Assembly (NCBI GenBank): GCA_965153285.1
Contig: OZ229123.1
DNA: 64,000 nucleotides
Origin: Podarcis tiliguerta
Taxonomy: Eukaryota
Direction: 5' to 3' (one strand)
The notes beneath the pieces are model-generated. The model worked only from the letters and a program-made list of their open reading frames with translations. It was not told the origin of the DNA and did no database searches. Position 1 is the stretch's first letter. Every line of letters begins with the position of its first letter. Positions 12,472-25,192 of this stretch are shown in pieces. A program made the translations under genes and the position numbers.

Positions 12472-12570
12472 CTGGAGACACAACAGCTAGCCAAAGGAGT
12501 GACATAATCTTCCTGGACACAAACCATCCTGCTGTTCCCATTCTTTGTAACATATGTAGCAAGAAGTAAC
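12472..12570 (-). CDS. SUN1: SUN1 cassette exon (GYFLLHMLQRMGTAGWFVSRKIMSLLWLAVVSP)
   Basis: AG/GT bounded, 99 nt, phase 1-1, hydrophobic SUN1 segment. Confidence 0.9.
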
Positions 12571-13267
12571 CTAATATAACACAGATGAATATGAACACAG
12601 AAAATGGGGAGCATCTTCAATTAAAAACACTACCATTTTAAAACACTCTGGGATTGTTTTGTTTTTCATCCACATACAAAATATTTTATTAGCATTACAG
12701 CAGAGAAAAACTGGAACTAACATTATAAAGAAACGTTGGATTTGATAATTCAACAGGCTCTGTTTTCCATGGGATTACTACCATGTTATTTTTAATAAAC
12801 AAGAATGATTTTGAGAGAGAATACTACGTACTTCACTGAAAGAGTCATACTGCTAAGCATTTGTTAATAAAATAAAAAGACTATTTATTAGGTGTAGATC
12901 TATTTTAGCTAGAAGATTGGGGGGACGACGACGATGACCAGAAACTCTCTTCTCTAAGATTATTGTTCCTCATCTGTAACATTCCATTTTAGTACAATAG
13001 CACAAGCTATTGTATTCTGCCTTCCTAACAGTTCTGCAACATATGTAGAATGAGGATTATCTGCTCCAACCTTCCTTCATGACAGGGGTCAACCTAAACT
13101 CATAGCAAGAGCTGATAAGAGGTGTTGGCTGACACAAGCAAGTCACTCTAATCTACTTTGCAAGAAAGCTCTAAAAACAACAACAGAGAGAGCAATTAAC
13201 AATGAAGAGATTGTGATGATGAGAGCAAAAGAAATCAAAATACGAAAACAAAATGGTGCAAGTCAAC

Positions 13268-13378
13268 CTGTGTAAGAAAAGATGTGCCAAATGGTCCTTG
13301 CTACTCTTTTAGACCTTGAGGATTGCATGTGGGCTGTTGTGTGTGTTTCAAGGTGTTTCTTCCCCTTACAGTCATCAC
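13268..13378 (-). CDS. SUN1: SUN1 cassette exon (C-DDCKGKKHLETH...WHIFSYT), C2H2-like motif
   Basis: AG/GT bounded, 111 nt, phase 1-1, conserved DDCKGK.HL..H. Confidence 0.92.
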
Positions 13379-13924
13379 CTGTTGGTTGTGGTAACAATCA
13401 ATTAATATAACACATTCAAGAAGACAGTGGTGTGCCAGATATGTCACAGAAATTTATTTCCCCACAGATTCCTCCCCCAGAATCTTGGTGTGTTTCTGCC
13501 TCTTGTCTATAGAAATGGGAGCAGGCAGCAATGCAGTGGGGAAGAGGCAGGCATGCCACAAACTTCTGTGGTCTGCATCACTTGACACATTCATGCTGCA
13601 GATTTGCCTTCAGTGAGAAAATTAAATCCCCTAGACAGTTGCATCTATAAAGACAACTGTTAAAATGCAATTGATAATAAAGCATTTAGAGAGGTAATGG
13701 AGCAAACAACTGGAACTTCCTGCAAGTGCAGGATGAATCATGGCCAAGATACATTGCTTTTCCAGCTTCCACAAAATTACGGAATATCCCTGCAAAAGTC
13801 AGAATTATTAACAGGGTTGTTATGACAAAATGGGAATGCCACCATGTATGCCACTTAGAGGAAAGGTGGGATTTAAATGCAACAATAAATAAAATAACAT
13901 TTTTTCAAAATCTGTCAAACTTAC

Positions 13925-14008
13925 ACATTGATTCTCCATTCATACCCAGGTGGCCATCTTCCCTGAGAAATTCTTTTACATTCATGCTTCCACAGTAGCT
14001 AGAGTGAG
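13925..14008 (-). CDS. SUN1: SUN1 cassette exon (AHSSYCGSMNVKEFLREDGHLGMNGESM)
   Basis: ctgcag|CT...T|gtaagt, 84 nt, phase 1-1. Confidence 0.9.
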
Positions 14009-15621
14009 CTGCAGCACAAGAAAAACAAATAATTAAGAAGAACAAAGATTTTCACTGGCTACAAAAACAGAAAATACAACCCAGAAAAGTCCAACAGCAG
14101 GCACGATGTGTCCACTGCAATCTTTTGATTTCTTTGCACAGCATCTTTCACAGATAAACTGCAACGTGACATGGAAAGTCACCTTATTTACAAAAGCAGC
14201 TCACCACCCCACACCCAGAAAGGAGAAAAAGGGGACAGCACAGGTATCTTTGGAGTAGTGTGGAGAAGAAATACAAACATAAAGACCCCCAGGGTGTGCC
14301 TATTTTAAGGCCAGCTGTTCTTTGGATTGTACCCATATATACAGTACACCAGTTTGCACATAGCTGACAGCAAATAAATGATTTTCTTTTGTTAAAAGCT
14401 AGTTGAGGTCCTAAGAAACTCAACCCAGAAAATGATGTTTAAGTTGAACTAGCTAGGATGAGCTATGCTCCATCTTAGTTTTTTTGCGGGGGGGGGGGGG
14501 GGGAGGATTGCTCATGAATTCTGCTGGTCTGCATTTCTAAGGCTATTTATATTCCTGGGTGACTGTTGCTTGCTAATATGTGTTCTGCTTAGAAGCCTTC
14601 TAAAGAAGACCAGGCCTGCTTTTCTGACATTTTAAACACACTCTCTTTTCACTTCTGGAGACCAAAGGACGCCAGAAAAATATTTTAAAATACTTTAATA
14701 TGCTTTGATTTCCTGCAGGAAACAAATCGTGAAAGAGAAACCAAGTACATCTTGATGAGAAAGGCCATTACAAGGCAACACCAGGATCCAAAGAGGTCAC
14801 CAAGGGCTCAGCCCCATATGGTGGAATTTGCAAAGCAGAATGTCATGTCGCACAGTACGAAAAACAGGTTTGCCATGGTGCTTGAGAAACATAATTCCAA
14901 AGCGCTCTTGGGCATTAGATGCATGGTTCTTTGTATCCAGGGCCAATATTGCAAGCGCAGTATTATGCAATGGAAGTGTGGGTTTGCTACAGAAGCTGCG
15001 GACCATCCCAGCTCCCTTGGGCACAGACTGGTATGATATATGTAGATGAAAACACACTTGTCACATCCACACATTAGATTTCTGGGCATTCATGTAAAAA
15101 TGTTTAATGGGACTATCTTAAAAACGCAAATGAGAAGCAGTAGTTGGCCAATGACAGCCAGGAGTTACACTTCTATGGCGGAATATGTAATACACCTGAC
15201 CAAAGCAAGCATGTTTGTTGTTAAATACACTGTATATAAACACTAAAGAAAGAAGAAAAACCCCAGGACTTAAAGACTGGGACAGTGTGATTTTTATCTA
15301 TAATGTAATGCAATTTAAATAATCTATTTTCATAATCAAGGTTAAACTTTCATTCAAAGCCCACTATTCGTGCCTTTTCAAGAAAAGAAGAAAAAAGGAG
15401 AACCTGCACCAGTGCCTTTTGCCTGCATACTGATGCTTCTAAGAGAATATATATATATAAGGCAGGCAATTGAAAGCAAGAAGCCAGGTCACCAAAGAGG
15501 ACATAATAAAGCTGCAGAGTGAAAGACATGAAGAAGCATACACACACCAAGGCATCAGAGGGGTGCAGAATTTGTGTGGCACGGATGGACAAAGAAAAAG
15601 ATAAGCTAAAAAACAAAATAC

Positions 15622-15744
15622 CTTTACAGTCATAGCCCAGCTTCAGCAAGATCATTTGAAATAACTGCACTATGAGTGATGAAAAAGATGTTGTGGTATA
15701 CTTGGCTGCTCGCAGAATCTGATTTGTGTAGAAAGGGAGGCCCC
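15622..15744 (-). CDS. SUN1: SUN1 cassette exon (GLPFYTNQILRAAKYTTTSFSSLIVQLFQMILLKLGYDCK)
   Basis: AG/GT bounded, 123 nt, phase 1-1; ACTAAC branch-point-like motif ~25-30 nt upstream; resembles the SUN1 long-isoform segment. Confidence 0.88.
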
Positions 15745-16923
15745 CTATTAAAAGAGCATCAGTAGCATGTTAGTTGCTTCCATTTCTCTACTGGCCAACA
15801 CAGTGAAAATACAAAGCTAACCCACGTAGGTGCAGTATGGTTATTTCTTACTTTCCAAAATATGAGAAGTCACCCCATGGCAACAGTCATTTTATCCTTC
15901 ATTCATTGAAGCACATGGAGAATAAGTGGGGTTAAAAGACAACAACCAAGTTACCGGAAAACACTGTTAAGTACCAGTCCATGTAACTAACAACTTCAGA
16001 AAAATATGTAGCACAATGTTTCCTGCATTCCTTGCTTTGCAAATTTACTAGCCAAAAGTTGGCAGATGAGCAAAACTGGTTAGCGCAAAATGCATTTTTC
16101 TTCAGCATTCAAATAATGGAAAGAATGAGCCGCTCTCAACACTAATTTCCATGGGATACATTCAGACAAGCAAAATGCAGAACTCTTAGAAGGCAAAGAC
16201 AATCAATACTACTGAGAGATGTAATCCTATAGTTTCATAGAGGCTGCCACTAAGTAAAGAAACCCCAATGAGATGATGGATCATTCTGGAAAATAAGACA
16301 GAAGTAAAGAATGATGTGTTAGATACAGTTGGTCTGGGAAAGTAGTTCTGGAGATTGGTTTCTCACTTTCAAGTGCACAAAGTTTCCTCCTTTTAATTCT
16401 TCCTCATTTAAGAATGCAACCACGCTCTAGGAACTCTGCCTCCTACTTCAGATGCCTATTGGCACAGCTTATGGAAAGAACATCAGTTCTATGGAGTTTT
16501 TCTGAACAAAAATGTGATCAGATGCCTTCCTCGCAATGAAGATATGCAATGTGAGATTACCATACGCATAAGGGTTGGATAAACCTGTTCATCAAAAGAG
16601 CCTACCAAGTTCAGATGAAGCAACCAATTCCTACCATGCTGGTGTTTCTATGCTAGAAACGGCTTGGGTTTCTCTGTTTTCGATTAGAGAGAATGTCATG
16701 ATCTTCAAAAAAGGATCAGCAGCACACAAGAACTTCCTTTGTACCAGAAGCAGTCGCAGACAGATCGCCATGGGAACGTTCTATTAAATCAAAAATTCCC
16801 CAACCTTTAGGACTAGAATCCTAAACCAATGTAACTCAACACATTCTTCACACAGTAAGATTTCATTCATGCACCATTTCTCAACAGTGGTAAACCAACA
16901 GAACGAACACCAACATTACTTAC

Positions 16924-17118
16924 TAGACTTGTGTTTTTGGCTTCGATCCCTGGAGTAAATTCTTGAGGATGGCATGCGAGCAGCCGAGTATGCTGTGAGG
17001 ACCTCCTTCCGCTCAGAAAGCATGCTGCAGTCACTGCAGGTATACCCATTGCTCAGTGTTGTTTGGTTCTCAGCTGTTGCTAAGTCACCATTGCCCTGAA
17101 TCACTGTAGTGTCTCCAC
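16924..17118 (-). CDS. SUN1: SUN1 exon (NGYTCSDCSMLSERKEVLTAY...RIYSRDRSQKHKS)
   Basis: AG/GT bounded, 195 nt, phase 1-1, conserved CxxC-containing segment. Confidence 0.95.
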
Positions 17119-17205
17119 CTGTTGAATGGCAATAAATGATCTAACAATCCAAATCCAGTGAATTTGGGAGAGAAGAAATTATAATGAAAAAGACTGCCTG
17201 GTTAC

Positions 17206-17232
17206 CTTTGAGATCACCATCATCATCGAGAC
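17206..17232 (-). CDS. SUN1: SUN1 27-nt microexon (G-LDDDGDLK)
   Basis: tttcag|GT...AAAG|gtaac; conserved GLDDDGDLKG peptide. Confidence 0.95.
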
Positions 17233-18493
17233 CTGAAAAGTAAAGGGATGCTTTGTTTAAATTCAAGGAGGTGCACTATTTCTAAGTCAACGTTAACTGC
17301 TATGCCAAAAGAAATTTTCCTGCTAATTCTAGAACAATAAACAAGAAGCATAGTGGAAACTTTACTATGTACAAGGGAATATCTTTTTTTATTAAGAACA
17401 ACCATTTATGTTATCTACCAAACAGGGTTACATTTCCAGGCGGAAATGTAAAGCAACAAAAAACTGTCTTTTATTACCCGTGTTGCTACTGGGGAAGCTA
17501 GATAATTGGAAGCACACAATGTTTCTGTTGCTTGGTTACCACTTGCTCTAGCTGTAGCTCACTACATAGTAGTAAAACAAGGTGGTTAATGCCAAAATTA
17601 ACACTCAAAAATGCACTACTAGTAGTTAACACAGGTTTCTTCAACCTGACGTAAGCGGAGGCCTACAACTAGGCTAGTTAAGTAGCATATGGCCTACAAC
17701 TACGACAGCACCTTTCTCTGCTCACACAGGATCAAGATCTTCTCTGACAGTAGCGCTGCTCATTTGGCGCCCAGTCCTGTACTCTTTACACCAGAGTAAG
17801 TGGGAAATTGGCCTGAACAAGGTCAGACCTCAAGTCAGAAAGGATTATTAGGAAGGAGGGCGGAAAGCTTTATACACATTATGTTCCTCATCTGTCTCCC
17901 CAGGTACAGTAGCCCCACACATGCTCTTATATACATATTTTCCAAATAAAAGATAATTTCTCAAGGTGGACTAAGGCTTTGTCTCAAATCTGTCCTTGAA
18001 GTCAATTTACAGTGACAAAGCAGTACCTTGCTCCACTTGGAAATTAATGCGCTTGCTGCTCTACAATTCTAGCAATCCCCACACAGCATGCCTCCTTGAG
18101 AGGAAACAGGATATAAGCTGCTTTAAAAGTCGTCTGTCCCTCTGTTTCCCCTTTCTCTAGTGTCTCAGACTCCTGGCCATTAAAAAAGACATTAGTGAAT
18201 CTTCCACAATTCTCCTAGTGTTTTACATTCAGACCCTCTGTTTACCTTGCTATTTCAAGTAGAAAGCAGCTGGACTGCAATGCATATTCTATGTATTTTA
18301 AAATGTACTGCTATAAAAATATTTCTATCTCAAAGGGTTTTTTTAATTTACAAAATCCCTGAACAATTTACAGATGGAAGCAAATCCAACACTGTAAGAA
18401 TGACAAGTCATCTTGAATGAAATCATATCAGTAACTAAACTGGTTTCATATATGTCCAAAATTCAAATCGTAACATGAGGCACTGGCACTATA

Positions 18494-18847
18494 GGGACGT
18501 GGGTAGTGCTGTGGGTTAAACCACAGAGCCTAGGGCTTGCCGATCAGAAGGTCGGCGGTTCGAATCCCCGCAACGGGGTGAGCTCCCGTTGCTCGGTCCC
18601 TGCTCCTGCCAACCTATCAGTTTGAAAGCACATCAAAGTGCAAGTAGATAAATAGGTACCGCTCCGGCGGGAAGGTAAACGGCGTTTACGTGCACTGCTC
18701 TGGTTCGCCAGAAGCGGCTTAGTCATGCTGGCCACATGACCCGGAAGCTGTACGCCGGCTCCCTCGGCCAATAAAGCAAGATGAGCGCCGCAACCCCAGA
18801 GTCAGTCACGACTGGACCTAATGGTCAGGGGTGCCTTTACCTTTACC
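18494..18847 (+). mobile_element. Sauria SINE (Squam1 type), full length
   Basis: GGGACG head, B-box GGTTCGAATCC, GTGCAAGTAGATAAATAGG core, (ACCTTT)n tail. Confidence 0.9.
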
Positions 18848-19220
18848 ATGCAGGCATTGCCTCCTCCACCCTCCCATCAAAAGGAGTGCCACCTGAGTGC
18901 AACTTTTCACAGGGGAAGTCAATGACAGGGTTTATATTTGAAACACGCACACTTTACAGGACCAAATTTACTTTTCAATACAGAATCCACAATTCCTTGT
19001 TTAATAACTCTCAGAATCTTCAGCCATAGTGTATTTCTGCTGAAAGAATCAAAGTGTGGGTTTTGTTGTAGACATATTCACAACTCTGAAGGTGATAGTA
19101 AGCCTTCATGCTCCACACTCTGTGAAAGCTCATTCTCAAAATACTAAGTTGGACCCAGAGAGATCCTTTAAGTACAAATTCACTTGTATTTGGTCAGCAG
19201 AATTTAGAACCATAGATCCA

Positions 19221-19408
19221 CATAGGAAGCTGCCATATTAAGTTGAATTAGTGGTCCATCTAGCTCAGTATTTTCTCTACACTGATTTATAGTAGGTCTC
19301 TAGGATTTTTGACCAATCTTTTGCAGCCTTGCCTGGAGGTGTTAGGGACTGAACCTCGACTTTTTGCAAACAACAAAGCATGTGTGTTGTTGAGCTATGG
19401 CCTCTCCC
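19221..19408 (-). mobile_element. Squam3-like SINE (diverged)
   Basis: Reverse complement of the family seen at 7145, 25193 and 40800. Confidence 0.65.
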
Positions 19409-19435
19409 TCTGTTTTAATCACAAAACTGCTTCTT

Positions 19436-19458
19436 CATATATATATATATATATATAT
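19436..19458. repeat. (AT)n microsatellite
   Basis: Direct observation. Confidence 0.9.
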
Positions 19459-19695
19459 AGTTTTGAAATGTAGTACAGTTGCTGCTATTTAGAAGACAAA
19501 ATCCTCCTTGGGAATCAAGGAACCTAGTTGTGCCACCTAAGAGAATGTAGTAGTGGCCTAGATGTGTAACCATTTCTTTCTTACTCTGCCTTATTGAGTA
19601 TAATGCAGCTTGCCCTTTGAACTAGAAGTGACATCACAGATAACAGTATACATGCTAAATATACGGTATGTGTATTGTAGTACATTATTACCTAC

Positions 19696-19886
19696 CCCAA
19701 AAATGGTCAACAGCTGTCTGCTCCTGTATTGAAGACTCATCCAATATGGTTGACATTAAAGAGCCATCACTTGCATGGCTACTGAAACTACTGTGGCTAA
19801 AACTGGAAGAGCTGGGCACACTTTTTCTTGGGGTATGTCTTACAGAGCCAGACTGTTTCACCACACTTTTACGCTGCTTTACAAAC
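19696..19886 (-). CDS. SUN1: SUN1 coding exon 3 (...ILDESSIQEQTAVDHFW)
   Basis: AG/GT bounded, 191 nt, LDES.I.EQT.VDHFWG motif. Confidence 0.95.
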
Positions 19887-22682
19887 CTTAAAGAAAAAGA
19901 AATGTCAAAGCATAAATGTGAAACATTCACCAACATTTCAGGCATATTAAGAATCTGTAACACAAGGCAAAAGAAAAGGGGCATAATAATCCAGCAGGTC
20001 TTCTGAAGCAGTGTCAGTGTTACTCTGGCTATAGCAACAAAAAAGGAAGCAGTTTTCCTTTCCTCTTAAACTAGGAAGACATGTGAAGGCAGCTCTGTAT
20101 CAGGAAGTTTTTAATGTTTGACATTTTAATGTGTTTTTATATGCGTTGGAAGCTACCCAGAATGGCTGGGGCAACCCAGCCAGATGGGTGGGGTATAAAT
20201 AATAATTTTGTTGTTGGGAAACATTACTCCAACATTAAAACCATCACACAGCAGATAGTGGCTCAATTCAAATACACCAGTCTACAGTCTATGCTAACCA
20301 CAGGGTCTATACAATGTAGAAACACAGATTGTAATCTACACAATGAGGCAAAGTACAGTTTATTTCAGAGTTGCTTGCTGGTTTTTTTTGTTTTCTTTCT
20401 GTTAAGAATTCCCAGCTTAGTCGAAATGACAAAGAAATTAGGACACCACAATCATGGCTTCACAAGGTGTCTGAACTGTGTGAAAACTGAACTTCCAGGG
20501 TAGTTTATGATAACAATAAATCTCTTCCTGAGAACTGCTAACCTATAGGTGCCAATGAGGAAAGAAGATCCCTCTTGTCACAAATTTTGTGGCATACACA
20601 GAAAAACGCTTTCATTCTGCTTCTAAGCATCTTTGAAAGCATATGCATTGTGAAAATATCAAGCCAGCCCCTCCCAGAGTTCTATATGACTCATGAGAGG
20701 AGGAGGGCAGTCTCTGACTTTGCACAATAATCACAAGCAGTGACAAACACTGCTTCTGCTTCTGCACAACTCTGGTACCTGGTATAACATCACATTCTTT
20801 TTCCCCAAACGACTCATGGGAGGAAAGAAGGGTCACAACTATACATAATGGTTGCATACCAAAGCTGTTCCAAATTTGTGGATCTCTTTTAAAGCCAGCC
20901 CTGTTCTATATACTATGCCAAAAAATATGCAGAAGTCCTTTTTTAAACCACTGATCCTAAACTTGGAAACAAGTCCAATTAAAATTAAATAGCTGTAGCT
21001 TCTAAATAAAGGAGTATAATCTAGGCAAAGCTAACCCTTTAAAGTCCCACTTTTAATGCATGAAGTAAGTAAAAGTCTGCATTTCTCCCATTTTAAAACA
21101 ATTGTACTTTTAATTTTTTGACTGACTATGCCAATTTTATTTTATTTTTAGCACTAGAAATGGTCACATCGTAAACAAAACAATATGCGCATATACGTTC
21201 TGAATCCTGTTACTGTAATGTTATTTCCAAGAAACAAGGTCCATGAACTTTGGTGATTAAATAAGCATCCTTTGGAATGCAGATTAATAGTGGGGTTTCT
21301 TGTAGGAAGCCCCACTGAGTAACATGTGACTTATGTTGTTCTACTTGGAAGCAACTCAGAAGGGACTATTTTAAAATAAAGATGCAGTAACAGAGTTTAA
21401 AGAGTGCCACTCACAAACCATTTCTTTGGGATTAACCAAATGAACAGTTCACACATTTTCTACAGGGGATAGGATGGCTGTGCAGGCAATGTGTACATGT
21501 GAAATGGTTCTTACTTAAGTCCCATTGAGGTCAGAAGGAACTGTATTACATGCCAATTGGCGCGTTTGAGTTCTCATAAGAAGCCAAGATAATCCATAAT
21601 CCTAAAATGTTTTTCTTGTGAATATTACCTCCTTCCATCTAGTATCTAGTATGATCATATTTGTGATCAGCCAGGATCAAAGATAGAATAAACAATTTAA
21701 ATCATGGTAAGGGAGGGGTACACAAAAAATATGCCAGCTAATGACTGAAAAAGGAACAAGATTAGAATAACCTGAATGATACTGCATAGCTTTCTCTGAT
21801 AAGAACCTCCAATGAGAAACTCCCCCCACCACCAAAAAATGCAATGTTAACCACACTGAGTGCACAATGCAAAACAAGACAAAATGATTACTAAAATTTC
21901 CAGTTACAGAGTTAATCAATCCATTTGAACAGTCCAGAAATGTAACCAGTCACTGGTCACCAGAGAAGCATCTCCTGTGGTTGACAGGTCTGAAAATAAT
22001 GCAGCCATGTGGACCACACATATAGCTGTCTTGAAGATCTACTTGCCTCTTTTATTTTAGCTGGGGACACAAAACACTGAGCTTACATTAATGCTTCACA
22101 GAATGACCAGGTACAAAGGAGGATCTTGCACAGAGGGGGGAAGTTTGGCAAGAGCAGCTTGTTAAAGCTGTGAGAAAAGCTGCCCCACTCTTAAGATTAT
22201 GCAACTATTAAAAGCATAGAAGCTCCATCCTCAACTAACCAGTACTTTGAGTTTCTCGTACAAACCACACTCTCTAATTGCTGCTGCTACTTTTCTTGGA
22301 CTCAGGAGTCACAAAAGCATGTGCTAAAAGTTTAGGGAAGAAAACCTAACTCAACCGGAGGCTACAATAGTAACTAGTACCATTTTTTAACAAATATTCT
22401 TTTATAGAAATTCTACAGTACAACAGAGGTATTTGCAAAACTGAAGCATCACCTTCAGTTCTCCAGGAGAAGATGCTTAACTTTGGGAGGAGCAGTCCTC
22501 CTCTTTTTGCCCACTGAAAACCCAAACCTTTTAAAGAAAAACTAGTAACTATCATAATTCCCAATGCAATATATAAATACAAAACAAAAATCACAGCATG
22601 CAGTTGAACCCCTTAAAATTTAATAGGATGAAAGCAGTAAGAAGGTAACTTACATGAAGTACCTATTAAAAGAAATGCTTAC

Positions 22683-22886
22683 TTAGTTGACTGGTCTGCA
22701 AATGCCTTTTTCCCACCATAGGAGCCGCTGCCACCACCAAAGATGCCTTCATTGTGTGTATCCTCAGGTGTGTTATATGTTACAGCAGACAAACGTAAGC
22801 TGCGCCTTGACATTCTTGGGGAGTCAAACACAGGGTCCAGTTTGTGTTCAGTCTCAAAATCTAGAGCAGTTGATGAGTAGCTTGAA
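22683..22886 (-). CDS. SUN1: SUN1 coding exon 2 (SSYSSTALDFETEHKLDPVFDSPRMSRRSLRLS...)
   Basis: AG/GT bounded, 204 nt, phase matches neighbours, conserved SUN1 nucleoplasmic motif. Confidence 0.96.
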
Positions 22887-24229
22887 CTATAAAGGAAAGA
22901 CAGAAAAAGATTTTGGTATATATGTTGAAGGCAGCAGGCAGCTTCTCAACAGAGATGAGACGACAGGAGTATAATTAACTGCTGTTGAGCAATCCATACT
23001 GATTGCTGTTAATGCTTCCAAGTAAAAATCAAGGCACTTAAATCTTTGAATCTCTTTGGGCCTTGCTCATCTGAGAGAGTCCCCGTTTCTCCTTGTGCAA
23101 ATCCACCATTTTATTGAAGATCATCGGGTTCAACGCTACTTCCCATCATGCAGAAAGATCAGAACATCGGAAAGGAACACCATCCTTTTCAAGGCTTTGA
23201 AATCTACCTCTTTCTTAATCTCAAGGGGGAAATGTGAGGCCCACTGGCTTATGAAGACATTCAGGATGTGAACTGTTGCAATAAAATAATCCATTTTAAT
23301 CATCTGCTGTTCTACAGGATTGGACATTAAACAAAATAATGTCCAATTATTTACTTATTGCTATGGAGTGGGCGTGTATCTTTTTATCACTTTAACTAAT
23401 TTCTCAGAGTAGCCTCAAAAGGTTTTAAATATTTTAAATGAATGAATAAATATTCCAGTGCTTCAGGAAAGTTAGTTTTGAAGCCTAGAGTAAAGGTAGG
23501 GAATCTCGGGCCTCTCTATTTGGCTCTCGTCACTCTCCCCAGGGTTGTAACTTCTCCCCCAGACCATAACTTCATTGAGTGCTTTTGCTTTGCTGGAATG
23601 TGTCCTTGAAACTGTGATGCTGCTTCTTGCTTGCCTGGGAGAACAGAGGTATGTATGTTTATATAAACCTCTAGTTTTTGCATGGGTGGACTGTAACCTC
23701 TTACACAAAGGAAAGGGTCACATCTCCTGTTCTGCCACTTTTGTTTCTGGCGCTGCCCACCACTGGTATGCACTCCCTGGAATGCTGCCGAGAAGAAAAT
23801 GTGGCCCTCTGGTTCCAAAAAGGTTTTGTGCTTTTATCATCAGTTTGAATTTGTCTGAGGACTCAGTTTGGGTAGTTTCACTTGCTTTCAAAATCTTGAA
23901 GCCTAAAAGGTGTAGTAGCTTGGCAAACATGGCCAGAAACTAAGTTTACAAGCAGAACTGTGACACAAACTTTGGAATAGACGAGGCAGGTGCTCTCCAC
24001 AAAGGATCACCTATTGGTCCTCCCTATGCAACTTTCTTCCTGCAGCACACAGCTTCACCTTTGCATGTAAAACATCATCCCATGTGTTTCCCTGCCCAGC
24101 ACCACCACTACTACTGCTATCAAGTGGCAGGATACATTGAAGTCATCATTATGAAAGAGTGGGGGTGACTGACATGGTGACTCTCCCCATGACTGAAATG
24201 CACTCTATTGTACTTGCTCTGGAAATTGC

Positions 24230-24480
24230 AATTAGTGGAGAATACTGCAGCACAGTTGCTGACAGGAGTGAGACCTCGTCAGCATATAATGCATCCGCTC
24301 AGATATCTGCATGGGAACCCAATTTGTCAAATGACCGAGTTACTGTTAGTATATCAAGTCCACAAGAGCTTGGGACCAGTTTAATTGTGGATTGCCTTAC
24401 CCCATAAGTATCCATTCACTCCAATCTATAGAACTGTCACTGTTACAGGTGCCATACAACACTTGTTCCACACTTGTAAG
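24230..24480 (-). mobile_element. Decayed non-LTR retrotransposon reverse-transcriptase fragment
   Basis: Minus-strand translation gives SEW...GVRQ...SHADI*ADALYADEVSLLS, resembling the GV.QG and LYADD RT motifs, with stops and a frameshift. Confidence 0.5.
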
Positions 24481-25192
24481 AATGTGATCTTTTAGTGGGG
24501 CAGCACCACCTATTGATATCAGACAGGCATCTTTGCAGTAGTCAGCACCCGCTTTTTTTTTAATTATATTATGATTCGTTTTTAAGTACCTGTTTTCATT
24601 TGTTAATTCTAATGATTTTTTTGTAAACAACTTAGAGGTTTTATTATTACAATCAAGCAATGTGGTGAACTAATAATAATAATAATTTTTAAATGGTGAT
24701 ATATTTTTCAAGGGCCAGCACAATGCCTGCAGTAACAAGTGGTCTGTCCTTATATCCAGGGAGCCATGTTAGTCTGTTGTAGCAAAAACAAAGTTGTTAA
24801 ATGCACCCATGAAAATATAAGTTATTTTAGGGGAAACTAATTTAGGATTACATTTTTAAAAGCAAAACAATGGTCTGAAGAGACTCCCTTTTCATGGAGA
24901 AAAAAATGTAATGCCACATTAAACCAAATGTCAGTGAAGTGGAACTAACGCTGAAGAGAAAGCAGCCTTGAGCGTTGTGTGGGTAGTGTTAGAGGGAGGG
25001 AAAAAACAGAATTCTGGCTTGAGAATCTCACTGCTAAAAGTTATTAAACTTAAACTGTTGCAAGCCAAAAATTGCTTATCTTCTGAGTTACACCAATAAA
25101 ACTCAGAGACAAAAACGTGCACAGCTTCAGTTTTAAAAGCAGGAATGCCAGGACACTGCAATCATAACAGAAGATTGGGTTCAATCATTTAT

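Noticed and set aside
14030-14182. Minus-strand Cys-rich plus hydrophobic reading (ICERCCAKKSKDC...LFWVVFSVF) resembling a SUN1 module
   Set aside because: Available acceptors put it out of phase with the SUN1 phase-1 exons, giving an early TGA
14752-15089. Four overlapping ORFs in a SUN1 intron
   Set aside because: No recognisable protein; from the apparent acceptor near 15028 the SUN1 phase hits TAG within 13 codons; no good donor
18494-18580. tRNA-like A/B boxes (also at 53143, 33965, 57330)
   Set aside because: Heads of SINEs, not tRNA genes
23000-23330. ORFs 23056-23271 and 23136-23327
   Set aside because: More likely a decayed L2-like remnant; too diverged to call
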